NCBI RefSeq assembly: GCF_004010195.1
Contig: NC_057719.1
Span: 25,533,217 to 25,568,797, forward strand
Origin: Chiloscyllium plagiosum
Taxonomy: Eukaryota
Length of the DNA: 35,581 nucleotides
Direction: 5' to 3'
The notes below the pieces were generated by a model, which was not told where the DNA came from, searched no databases, and was given only the letters and a program-made list of their open reading frames with translations. Below are positions 1 to 9,674 of the stretch, piece by piece. Within the stretch, counting starts at the first letter, position 1; each line of letters starts with the position of its first letter. The position numbers were made by a program, and so were the translations under genes.

Positions 1-684
1 CGATGGGGGAGTGGGGGTATACTGTACATGACGGGGGTGTGGAGATATACTGTACACGATGGGGGAGTGGGTGTACATTGTACATGACGGGACAGTGGAT
101 ATATACTGTACACGACGGGTGGGTGGGTGTATACTTTACACGACGGGGGTGTCGGTGTATACTGTACACGACGGGGCAGTGTGTATATACTGTACATGAC
201 GGGGGAGTGGGTGTATACTGTACACAACGCGGTGTGGGTATATACTGTACATGACGGGGAGTGGGTGTATACTGTACACGACGGAGTGGGTATACACTGC
301 ACAAGGTGGGGTAGTGGGTATATACTGTACACGACAGGGGAGTGGGTGTATACTGTACACGACGGGGGAGTGGGTGTATACTGTACACGACGGGGGAGTG
401 GATGTATATTGTACACGACGGGGGAGTGGGGGTATACTGTACACAGTGGGGGAGTGGGTATATACAGTACACGACGGGGGGTTGGTGCATACTGTACACG
501 ATGGGGCAGTGGGTATATACTGTACACGACAGGGGAGTGGGTGTATACCGTACACACCGGGGGAGTGGGTGTATACTGTACACGACAGGGGGGTGGGTGT
601 ATACCGTACACACCGGGGGAGTGGGGGTATACTGTACACGACAGGGGGGTGGGTGTAAAGTTCACACAGTGGGGTGTGGGAGTG
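1..684. repeat. G-rich minisatellite, ~28-bp unit (GACGGGGGAGTGGGTGTATACTGTACAC), about 24 degenerate copies, truncated by the window start
   Basis: Successive 28-nt units are directly visible, e.g. 361-388 and 389-416. They explain the overlapping repetitive ORFs on both strands. Confidence 0.95.
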
Positions 685-689
685 ATCGT

Positions 690-1057
690 ATGTTTGGTGG
701 TTACTAAAGTAAATTTTGCAGCAAAACCTCTGCAGGAATGGCTGAGGCAGTAACTGTTGTATAAAAGCGGGAAAATCCTGAGCCAGACCAATTAGAATCA
801 CAAGTTGAATGATTATTAAAAGATATATCTCAAGCACTGGCGTATTTTCTACAGGATTATTATTTTCTCCACAATAATGAATCGACTGATTACATTTTAT
901 TCTTGGTGATCGCCAAGAATTATTGTGACATAATTCTAAAACTTGGTGACCCACTGTAACAGTTCAATATTTAAAATATGTGTCATTCAAAGGAGTTTTA
1001 AGCAACAATAAAAAAAGCTGACATCTATTTTAGATATATGTTTCTCACAATGCATAT
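690..1057 (+). pseudogene. Decayed exon A1 of an unidentified multi-exon gene
   Basis: Reads NFAAKPLQEWLRQ*LLYK, then after a frameshift ENPEPDQLESQVE*LLKDISQALAYFLQDYYFLHNNESTDYILFLVIAKNYCDIILKLGDPL*QFNI*NMC. Ends at a GTAAGT donor (1058). Resembles the 7860-8090 translation. Confidence 0.5.
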
Positions 1058-1265
1058 GTAAGTATAGCTCCAGAATGTAGTCTTATTTTTTACTAAGACA
1101 TTAGTTAAATCTTTGTCTTAAATCATGGATCGTTCTTCATGGAAATGCGATGTAAAGTAAATGAATTAATGAATGACAGTTATTGCAAGTTTGTGTTGTC
1201 AACAAACTGATTTCCATTTCTAACTCCTATAGCAATTTGTTATCTCATGAATGTTAACCCAATAG

Positions 1266-1406
1266 TGTGCACCACATTATATCAGTGTTTTTATGCCGAG
1301 TACCTGATGTGTAATTTTTCTTCATTCATGGATCAACTGCCTCTTCTTGCAGAGATATACACTGCATTTCATTGTTTTAGCCTGGGATTGAGCAATTTGT
1401 CCGAAG
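1266..1406 (+). pseudogene. Decayed exon A2
   Basis: Reads FSSFMDQLPLLAEIYTAFHCF, then after a frameshift PGIEQFVR. Ends at an AG|GTAAGG donor. PGIEQFVRR matches ESIDQFVRRG at ~8225-8255. The acceptor position is uncertain. Confidence 0.5.
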
Positions 1407-1447
1407 GTAAGGGGACGGCCCCAATAATGAACTAGAAATCCTTTTTC

Positions 1448-1477
1448 ATATATATATATATATATATTATATATATA
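1448..1477. repeat. (TA)n microsatellite
   Basis: Direct observation. Confidence 0.95.
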
Positions 1478-1699
1478 GTACATTTTAAAAATGTGTTGTA
1501 AATGACTATTAAATGTTTACACAAGTACTACTAATAAACCTATTACTCAAACAGCAATTAGTGTATGAATGTAAATTCAAATGGATCAAAGTTTTGCATC
1601 AGAACACTATCAGTTAGCGAGACATGTTAGCCTAACCTGAAACAGTTATCTAGTTTATGCCTCATTCGAGTTACTTTCTAATATACAAGTTATAATTTT

Positions 1700-1772
1700 T
1701 TTTCTATTCATTTGTGGAATGTGGTTGCCCATCCTTAGTTGGGTGATGAACTGCCTTCTTGAACCACTGCAA
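1700..1772 (-). mobile_element. Short 3' tail fragment of a shark LINE/SINE
   Basis: TTGCCCATCC...CTGCCTTCTTGAACCACTGCA is partly the reverse complement of the GGGATGGGCAATAAA...GAAT(A)n tail seen in the SINEs at 11960-12028 and 19125-19187. Confidence 0.5.
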
Positions 1773-2093
1773 TAATATTAAAATTCACCCTCCAAAGTTA
1801 TTATTTTCAAGGACATTTTGGGCTGAATCTTACCAGAAATAGACTAAGAGTCACCTCTGTCACATTTCACGGAGGGTTTCGCTCTGTGAGTCCCGGTGTG
1901 TTTTCTTACACCGTCACCTATTTAACTCTATGGTACCCTCTTGTCAAATACCCTGCTAACAATGGCAGAACACTCACCACTCTGGGCTATTCTGGGATAC
2001 CTGGTACCGGTGCCACCTTTGAAAGGCCATTGTACACCCAGGCAAATGTTATAGGTCTGTCGTTCTGCATGGTTGCTGACATTTACCCTAGAC

Positions 2094-2935
2094 ATGGCAG
2101 ATAAGGGGAAATTGGACCCTTGCTAAACTGGAGACCAGCTGGATGGGTTGATTGGAGGAGTCCTCCAGGACTGGCAAAGGAAACCAATGCACCAGACCTT
2201 GCCCGCCTGGTCTGCGTTCCGGCAGTGTGATCTCAACTATCTGGAGGATTGTCCAGTAATATAAGATAAAGGTCAATGACCTCCACTTTGCTCAGGTGAA
2301 TGCTACCATCTTCTCCGTGCCACACTCTATCTCTGCTACTGCGCCCACCTCCCACCATGCACAATCACTCTCACAATCACATGTAACATCTTCCCTCACC
2401 CCCACTCCCTTCCCCCCACCCCCACTTGCCCCCACTTGCATTAAGAGCTATGCAACCCACTTTCATCTCTCTCAATCCCTCCTTTTCTCTCATTCCAGGA
2501 AAAATTGGCCAATAATATGGCAGGAGGTTTTTATCGCCACACAACCTAATGGGTTATCATCATTAGTTCTGCCTCCATACTTCCCAACAATTCCGTGCTG
2601 TGTCTCTCACATTGGATTTCATCCCTATCTTACCACCCACAACAACTCACCACTCAGCAGGTAAGCATCAAACACTCATGTCCCATGCGCCCATAAAAGC
2701 CTATGTGTACCCAGACATACCCTTCCCCATTTTTCAGGGAGGTTCAGCAGGACAATATGGTACCAACAAGGGATTTCCTCCTCCCCCTCCACCAGGACGA
2801 GCAGTAAAAGATCACAATGCCATACCATGCCAACATGGTCTAGGGTTGTTACCTGGCTTAAAGGAGCTGCACTTTTCTGCAGAACTGCCCAGTACTGTAT
2901 GAGGAAGGTCAATGTCTTTCTCCATCTGCCATGGT
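2094..2935 (+). mobile_element. PIF/Harbinger-derived remnant with two degenerate Myb/SANT-like domain segments
   Basis: 2094-2295 gives MADKGKL..DWQRKPMHQTLPAWS..ISTIWRIVQ*YKIKVNDL. ~2730-2933 gives RSQCHTMPTWSRVVTWLKGAALFCRTAQYCMRKVNVFL. Both fit the W..V...V......R...QC.KK.NDL pattern of Harbinger Myb/SANT proteins, and each is followed by a GT donor-like site. Confidence 0.6.
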
Positions 2936-3072
2936 AATGCTGTCATCTCTCCTAAACCTCATGCTCACTCAATCTCACTTACTGCACCCTCTCCCACCTG
3001 GCTCATGCTCAACCACTCTCACTATCACTGGCAGCATCTTACCTGACGCCAATATCTCTGCATGCCCTCTGC

Positions 3073-3421
3073 AATCATAAAGTAGAATCATAGAATCACT
3101 GCAGTGTAGAAACAGGCCCTTTGGCCCAGCCAGTCCACACCAACCCACCAAAGAGTAACCCACCCAGACCCATTCCCCTACTCTACATTTGCCCTGACTA
3201 ATGTACCTAAGCTACACATCCCTGGACACTATGGGCAATTTAGCTTGGTCAATTCGCCTAACCTGCACATCTTTGGATTGTGGGAGGAAACCGGAGCACC
3301 TGGAGGAAACCCACGCAGACACAGGGAGAATGTGCAAACTGCGCACAGATAGTTGCCTGAGGCTGGAATTGAACCCAGGTCTGTGGCACTGTGAGGCAAC
3401 AATGCTAACCACTGAGCCACA
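3073..3421 (-). mobile_element. HE1-like SINE (V-SINE superfamily), near full length
   Basis: Minus strand has a tRNA-like head (GTGGCTCAGTGGTTAGC...GGTTCAATTCC), the V-domain (TTCTCCCTGTGTCTGCGTGGGTTTCCTCCAGGTGCTCCGGTTTCCTCCCACA) and a CR1/HER1-type tail ending in (GATTCTAT)n. Confidence 0.92.
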
Positions 3422-3471
3422 ATGTCTATTCTCCCACTGGGACCTTCACCAAAAGTAACAATTATACCACC

Positions 3472-4188
3472 TGTGGGATATAGGTAGAGTAGTGTTACTT
3501 CTGCAATTATAATTACTTATACAAAGTAAATGAACTCACATTAGTGTGTAATTGTTTCAGCCAAGAACTGAGTCAACAAGAATAGAAACTATGTGGAGGA
3601 AATACATAATTGTTTTTGTATTAGCTAAAATTGTATGCAAGAATGAAACGTGACTGCAAAACAATGGTAGATATTACAGACGAATAGATAAGATGCTGTG
3701 AGGGGAGGAAGTTAAGCTAGATACGCCTGTACAAACAGTAGGTATAAACATCGGTTTCCCACTTTTACAGAAACACAGGAACAAACCCCAATTAAAATGG
3801 TCATAAGGATAAGTATGGTAGGGAGGGAGTAGATAATGGTGAAGAAAGGATATGCCTAACAATGACCCACAGCGGGATGAGGTCAAATGGCCTTGTGAGA
3901 CCAGAAATAAGCATTTTGTCACAGACAAGGCCGGATAATGCAAGAGATAAACAGGAGTAATGGGTGCCGGTCTTAGGGAAGTGGAAGATGTAAACGGGGA
4001 GGAGCAATGAAATAAAAAAATAGAAACCAAATTATTTAATATCGTGTATTGGTTGAATTCGGTGTGTGTCCCTTGCCTTGTAGACAGTGGACATCACACC
4101 CTCTTGCAAGAGTAAAATAAAGGACACTACTGATTCAGATTTTGTCTCGGACTAAAATTATTGAAGTGTGTGAGCTTTGTTTCTCACA
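3472..4188 (+). mobile_element. Solo LTR (717 bp) with 4-bp TSD CACC
   Basis: Ends are imperfect inverted repeats, TGTGGGATA...TTTCTCACA. CACC flanks both sides (3468-3471, 4189-4192). AATAAA at ~4116 is followed by a short U5-like segment. Confidence 0.85.
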
Positions 4189-4779
4189 CACCCTTACCTT
4201 CCCTCTCTCATTCCAGGAAGAATTTAACCCACAATATGAAGGAAGAGTCAGATTGTGTAGTTGGCTGCCCATTATTTGGCTCATCTTTATAAGGACAGTA
4301 TCGTGACTCTGACCACCCCAAACCCGGACTTCACTTGGCTTACTGTACCAGGACTCCCCAAGCAAAAGCTAAGCTCTTGACGTGACTGAGGCTTGCTGGA
4401 TAATAGCATCAAGCTTCCTGACATTGTGTGCGTGTCAGAGAGTAAGGCAAGACAGCAGGGCTATCAGCTTGGTATCTCTGGCTGAGGGATAAAAGTATAA
4501 AAAAGGCAGTTCAAGACCTGGATGCAAAAGAGAGGCCCAGAGCAATGAACACTATGACAGTGAGTGAAAAGCCCAGAGATGCAGCCTGATCCAATTCATT
4601 AGTTGGGAGAATGTCCCGAAGCCACCCATGTCACTATCTCTCATGTCACTCAGATCCCTCACAGATTCTTAAAAGTGGGGTAAGCAGTTTTGCTGTTAAA
4701 TCTGAACATTCTTTTGCAAGAAATCATTGAGATTAGAGAGGAATTCCTTTACTGAAAAATTCTTTTACCAGGACAAAGT

Positions 4780-4923
4780 TGTGCAGGCTAGGTGGGTTTT
4801 TTTACGGGAAATGCAAGGTTACAGGGAAAGGGTAGTGGAGTGGGCCTGGGTGGGATGCTCTTTGGAGGGCTGGTGTGGCCTTGATGGGCCAAATGGCCTT
4901 CTTCTACACTGGAGGTATTCTAT
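4780..4923 (+). mobile_element. 3' fragment of an HE1-related SINE / CR1-type tail
   Basis: GTGCAGGCTAGGTGG...TGATGGGCCAAATGGCCT...ATTCTAT tail. Confidence 0.75.
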
Positions 4924-5011
4924 TTTTTTAAAGCACTCCATCCCCCACAGTGCCCACCTCTCCCCAAAGGTGTCTCCTGGTTATGTATCTTTTCTTATTA
5001 TTTTTCTGGAG

Positions 5012-5195
5012 GGATTCTGTGATTCTAACAGCAATTGAATTTGTCAATTTTCAACTGGACCACTAGGTGGCACTAAACATCACGATGGAAAACTTACCAG
5101 GCTATTCCAACCACCTCACCATCCTCAGCAACAAAAACATTCAGTGGGCTGAATACATTGAAAAATAACAAACATATCAGGGAATCTATATATGA
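5012..5195 (+). pseudogene. Possible decayed exon between A2 and A3
   Basis: Long pyrimidine tract plus AG (an atypical GAG). The frame is phase-compatible with A2 and reads DSVILTAIEFVNFQLDH*VALNITMENLPGYSNHLTILSNKNIQWAEYIEK*. No clear donor. Confidence 0.3.
5057..5075 (+). promoter_or_regulatory. Candidate CTCF binding motif
   Basis: GGACCACTAGGTGGCACTA matches the vertebrate CTCF core CCASYAGRKGGCRS. Confidence 0.5.
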
Positions 5196-5399
5196 ACCCC
5201 TAAGTTATTAAAGAAGTTCAAGGTTTCTAGGCCATAACAATAAAGGACACACTGACCTTCAACTCACATTAATTAGTGCAAATAGGCAGGCCCATGGCAA
5301 AATGAAATCCAACTTTAGCAAACCCAAAACATTGATATTGGATAAAAGAATGAGCAGTACAGGTACATCATGAAAAATGAAGACTTCAAAAAGTGCCTG

Positions 5400-5605
5400 A
5401 GGTTATTGGTAAACTCACAATTTCAATATTGCAACTTTAAAAGCAATTCAAATGTTGGAATGTGTAGGTAGAGCAATAATTCTACAGTTATTATCTTAAG
5501 TATTAATAATAAAGGAGTCAGAACTCGCTTGGAGAACTGTGTGCCATTCTAATCCTGCACGGCATAGATACAGATAGCAGCAACAGGAATGGTTCAGGGG
5601 ATGAG
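5400..5605 (+). mobile_element. Highly decayed CR1 LINE ORF2 fragment
   Basis: KAIQMLECVGRAI...VRTRLENCVPF*S resembles CR1 KANRMLGCIKR...VRPHLEYCVQFWS. Confidence 0.55.
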
Positions 5606-6268
5606 AACCATTTATACTCAACAGCTACATTATAAATAGCATTGCTAAGCTGAACTCAGAGTGACCAGTTATCCCAGTTTTGCCAAGACAGTCCTGAAGT
5701 TTCTAAAAATAGGTCAACTCTCCCAGTTTTCATCTTTTTCTTTTTCATCAAATATAAACTGGCTCTGGGGGAGAAAATCCACATGAAGTTCTGTCTTTCT
5801 TTATGTGGGCACCCATCACATCCTATTGTAATGCATTGAGCAAACTTCTCTCCCCAACTTGTCTCTTTAGTACCAGCTGCTCCATTGTCAATGACACTTT
5901 TTCAAGGATCATTGGGATACGGCTGCCAATTCTGGTGGGATATATTTCAGGTGATGTCAACACATGACCTTCATTCTTCAATTGCCCCTCTCTTCACCAC
6001 TGCCATTGGTCACCCCAACAGCTTCCTGTGACATTCAATATTTCCCAGTTTTTGCAAATTTGGTCAATTTAGCTCAACACGTGGCATTATTTCGTGCCAT
6101 GAGACCATAAATTAAAAATAGTGAAAATTATATTGAATAACTGGTGGAGGCAAGTACAACTTTGTCATTTAAGAAACATTTGGAGAGGTACATAGATGGA
6201 TAGGGCTGGAAGGATATGGACCAAACGCAGGCAAATGGGACTGGATTATGAAAACTGAGCGAGATGGA

Positions 6269-6640
6269 TAATAGACAATAGACAATAGACAATAGGTGCA
6301 GGAGTAGGCCATTCTGCCCTTCAAGCCTGCACCACCATTCAATATGATCATGGCTGATCATCCTTAATCAGTATCCTGTTCCTGCCTTATCTCCATAACC
6401 CTTGATTCCACTATACTTGAGAGCTCTATCCAACTCTTTCTTAAATGAATCCAGAGAGTGGGCCTCCACTGCCCTCTGGGGCAGAGCATTCCACACAGCC
6501 ACCACTCTCTGGGTGAAGAGGTTTCTCCTCATCTCTGTCCTAAATGGTCTACCCCGTATTTTTAAGCTGTGTCCTCTGGTTCGGCACTCACCCATCAGCA
6601 GAAACATGTTTCCTGCCTCCAGAGTGTCCAATCCTTTAAT
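6269..6640 (-). mobile_element. CR1 LINE 3' end with (CTATTGT)n tail
   Basis: ORF 6368-6631 (RTRGHSLKIRGRPFRTEMRRNLFTQRVVAVWNALP) is the CR1 ORF2 C-terminus. Tandem tail at 6269-6294. Confidence 0.92.
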
Positions 6641-6649
6641 TACTAAAAG

Positions 6650-6908
6650 AAGATGGAATTAGTAATAACATTAGCAAATGTGCTGATGACACTAAAATAG
6701 GTGGCAGGGTGAAATGTGAGGAGGATGTTAGGAGATTACAGGGTGACCTGGACAGGTTAGGTGAGTGGTCAGATGCATGGCAGATGCAGTTTAATGTGGA
6801 TAAATGTATGGTTATCCACTTTGGTGGCAAGAACAGGAAGGCAGATTACTACCTAAATGGAATCAATTTAGGTAAAGGGGCAGTACAAAGAGATCTGGGT
6901 GTTCTTGT
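6650..6908 (+). mobile_element. CR1 RT segment, inverted relative to the adjoining 3' end
   Basis: ISKCADDTKIGGRVKCEEDVRRLQGDLDRLGEWSDAWQMQFNVDKCMVIHFG...QRDLGVLV. Confidence 0.9.
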
Positions 6909-7183
6909 AAGTTTCCTGTTTCCATGCTGTAAACCGTTATGACTCTAACCTTTGGCTAAGTTTGATAATAGTAGATTAGGTAATTGTGATTAAGAATGTT
7001 CAAATATTATTGAATGCCAAGCTAGGCATACTGGAATAATATAGAGACAAACTTTGAAGAGCAAAATGGCTTTTTATTAACCTTGATGATCATTTTCATT
7101 GTTGAAAATAAATTATCCACACAGAGCCATAGGTTTATTATCTTATACACAAGGTTCTCCTTTTTTTATCTTTGACAATTAAG

Positions 7184-7434
7184 GATATAAAATCTCAGTT
7201 TGGAGAGTCTAGAAGTTTGCTTAATGTGATACCACATCATCTCATAAACCACAAAATTGCCTTTCCACTGACATAAATGTTAACAGTTAATCATGTTCTG
7301 AAGCTGAGAACCCAATAGGTTTTACAAATAAAAGCTACAGATAGCCTTTGCAGCTCTTTATTGTTGCTGGCACTAGCACAATAGATCCTTCCCAGCAATC
7401 GATGCACAGCTTAGCTCTTTTAAGTAACTTTTAA
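7184..7434 (+). pseudogene. Decayed exon A3
   Basis: Pyrimidine tract plus AAG acceptor, GTATGC donor at 7435. Reads DIKSQFGESRSLLNVIP...VLQIKATDS, then after a frameshift PLQLFIVAGTSTIDPSQQSMHSL, resembling VEV*TTEAGLQQVYVLDTALTIAAVSKVHQ at ~8910-9000. Confidence 0.4.
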
Positions 7435-7439
7435 GTATG

Positions 7440-7740
7440 CGGATAAAATGGAGGGTCTCCTCCACAAAGACAGGAGAAGATTGAGAGGAGATTTGATAGA
7501 ATTAGAGGATCCTGAGGAGTTAGACAACATGGGGGGAAACATTTTGGTGTGATGGGTGGATAGAATCTGGAATGTACAGAGTGAAATTGTGGGGAAGGTG
7601 GATTCAGTAATGGCATTCAAAAGAGAATGGGTTAATTATCTGAATAGGAGTAAATTGCAGTGAATAGGTGTAGGGAGTGGGTAAAATGGGTGGCATGGAT
7701 ATGTCAGGCCAAATTGCTTCCTGTACTACAACCATTTTGA
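7440..7740 (+). mobile_element. Decayed CR1 3' fragment
   Basis: RRLRGDLIE...IWN...EIVGKVDSVMAFKRE motif followed by a tail. Confidence 0.7.
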
Positions 7741-8325
7741 GACTTTGTTTTTTTGTCAACAGATGCTAACAGACCTGCTGAATGCAAACACAAAAGCTAG
7801 TTCAGTGCAGCACCAAAAGCTGGAAGGCTAGAATACTCTGTTGTGGGCAGTTGATGCTTAAGTTTTTCACAACAAGAGCTGCAAATGAATGGCATTAAGG
7901 AAGGGAATTTTACACTGATACTAAGTCAGAGACACATGACTCAAGGTATTGAGGACAAATAAATCACATAATGCCTTGGGTATCTAGACATGCCTTTATT
8001 GAATGAGTACTGTTTGACATATGCAGTTCTCTTTTACAGATAGGTGACCCTGAGAAAAGAGCTGTAAAAACTTTGTGTGCTATTGACAAGGTGGGGCTTC
8101 ATGTAACTGATGCCTCTGGTCATTCTACAGATGTCACAAGAATCCATAAAAGATCTGCAAGGTTCTTGAAGACTAACTCAATATAAGAATTAACTTCAGC
8201 TATGTCATACAGACAGTAACACCAAGAGTCTATTGACCAGTTTGTTAGAAGAGGCTGCAACAAAGACATAAGTGTGATTTTCCCAAAGAGGAACAGTCAG
8301 GATGACTCATCACATTAGTCATTGT

Positions 8326-8813
8326 AGGCAAAAGTGAGGACTGCAGATGCTGGAGACCAGAGTTTCGATTAGAGTGGTGTGGGAAAAGCACAGCCGGTCA
8401 GGCAGCATCCAAGGCCTGGAGGAAGAATGCCTCATCTTCTGCCTCGGAACACTTCAATCTCAGGGCATCAATGTGGACTTCGCCAGTTTCCTCATTTCCC
8501 CTCCCCCCGCCTTACCCCAGTTCCAACCTTCCAGCCCAGCACTGTCCTCATGACCTGTCCTACCTGCCAATCTTCCTTCCCACCTATCTGCTCCACCCTC
8601 TTCTCTGACCTATCATCTCCATCTCCAGCCCCATCCCCACCCCTATTCACCTATTGTTTTCTTTGCTACCTTCTTCCCCCCCCAATTTATCTCTCCACTC
8701 TGGAGGTTCTCTGCCTCTATTCCTGATGAAGGGCTTTTGCCCAAAATGTCAATTTTCCTGCTTCTCGGATGCTGCCTGACCTGCTGTGCTTTTTCAGCAC
8801 CACTCTGATCTAA
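8326..8813 (+). mobile_element. Penelope-like element: 3' end with an inverted 5' copy, 14-bp TSD ACATTAGTCATTGT
   Basis: TSD at 8312-8325 and 8814-8827. GIY-YIG C-terminus LEEECLIFCLGTLQSQGINVDF. Degenerate hammerhead CTGATGAAGGGCTTTTGCCCAAAATGTC at 8723-8750. Same family as 14706-16948. Confidence 0.9.
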
Positions 8814-9146
8814 ACATTAGTCATTGTGGCTGTACCAGTTGAAGCCTTTAGAAAGAATCTTTTGATTGATAATGAGGCCACACCATTGAAAAATTACTCA
8901 AGGAAGGGTGGAGGTATAAACCACAGAGGCAGGCCTTCAACAAGTATATGTTTTAGATACAGCCCTCACCATTGCTGCAGTTAGCAAAGTGCACCAAATC
9001 TGTGACAGATGTGGCTTGTCAATCTGCACAAAAGCTGTCTAACTTTTCTCGGTACCTGTGAACAAGGGATATCGGACACATGTTCAAGAAATCAGGTCCC
9101 AAACCCCTCTGAGCAGATAGTGTTAGTTAGAAATACAAACACTTGG

Positions 9147-9326
9147 CAGCTATGGAGAGAAGGCAGAGTTAACATTTCAAGTTCAGTGACCCTTTTTCAG
9201 AACAGGTTTGGACTCAAGACATTAGTGCTGCTTTCTGTCTATAGATGCTGCCAGATTTACTGAGTTCTCCAGCAATTTCTGTTTTTGTTTCACATTTCCA
9301 CCATCTGCAGTTCTTTGATTTATTTT
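9147..9326. mobile_element. Short fold-back PLE-derived insertion, TSD ACTTGG
   Basis: TSD at 9141-9146 and 9327-9332. Minus strand has a degenerate hammerhead (CTGAAAAAGGGTCACTGAACTTGAAATGTTAAC). Ends in the CCATCTGCAGTTCTTTG terminus seen in the other PLE copies. Confidence 0.75.
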
Positions 9327-9674
9327 ACTTGGATACTATCAGTGGTTTCTAAATATGCAACAAACCCAGATCATACACAATTATTATTGAACACAAGTGT
9401 TGCATTCACACAATGATTATGCAGTGACATTGAGTGGCTGCAGCCAATTGCAAGACAACTAAGTTGTAAAACAAGTGTAGAAGAGAATAATGCATACCTC
9501 TCCAAACAAATATATCATATCAAGATTAAGACAAATTGTCAAAACTCCAATTTTACACTGAAGTTTGAAAGGTTAATCTTTGAAATTCTGTTTTATCTGT
9601 TTATGTAATTATCAAATTGGCAATACATGCCTATATAAGGCAATGCATATCTGTTTTAGGTAAGTTTTTATCTT

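Larger units (their letters stand above)
6135..6947 (+). mobile_element. Older CR1 3' end, split by the insertion at 6269-6908
   Basis: VEASTTLSFKKHLERYIDG*GWKDM at 6140-6220. The tail CCTGTTTCCATGCTGTAAACCGTTATGACTCTA resumes at ~6915. Confidence 0.7.
7763..9571 (+). pseudogene. Large decayed exon B (~1.1 kb once two PLE insertions are removed)
   Basis: Strong acceptor TTTGTTTTTTTGTCAACAG and donor AAG|GTTAAT. One frame runs ~180 codons with scattered stops: MLKFFTTRAANEWH*GREFYTDTKSETHDSRY*GQINHIMPWVSRHAFIE*VLFDICSSLLQIGDPEKRAVKTLCAIDKVGLHV...ESIDQFVRRGCNKDISVIFP. Removing 9147-9326 plus one TSD copy restores the in-frame reading SEQIVLVRNTNTW|ILSVVSKYATNPDHTQLLLNTSV...FTLKFER. Confidence 0.65.

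Noticed and set aside
1..684. CRISPR-like array
   Set aside because: The units are contiguous with no unique spacers, the context is eukaryotic, and there are no cas genes.
3..954. Long overlapping ORFs (208 aa +, 272 aa -, others) as real genes
   Set aside because: They are translations of the 28-bp minisatellite, open in several frames on both strands.
3340..3421. tRNA gene (also at 18638 and 25308)
   Set aside because: The A and B boxes are SINE heads that continue into SINE bodies. I see no complete cloverleaf.
5658..5970. hAT-type MITE ends (AGAGTGACCAG..., CTGCCAATTCTGG...)
   Set aside because: They resemble hAT termini, but I could not identify a TIR pair or an 8-bp TSD.
7990..8100. 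Endogenous Mononegavirales L protein (IGDP motif), or a FAM118/CASTOR identity for the relic gene
   Set aside because: Only matches of a few residues, with flanking motifs absent. The splice signals also argue against an RNA-virus insertion.
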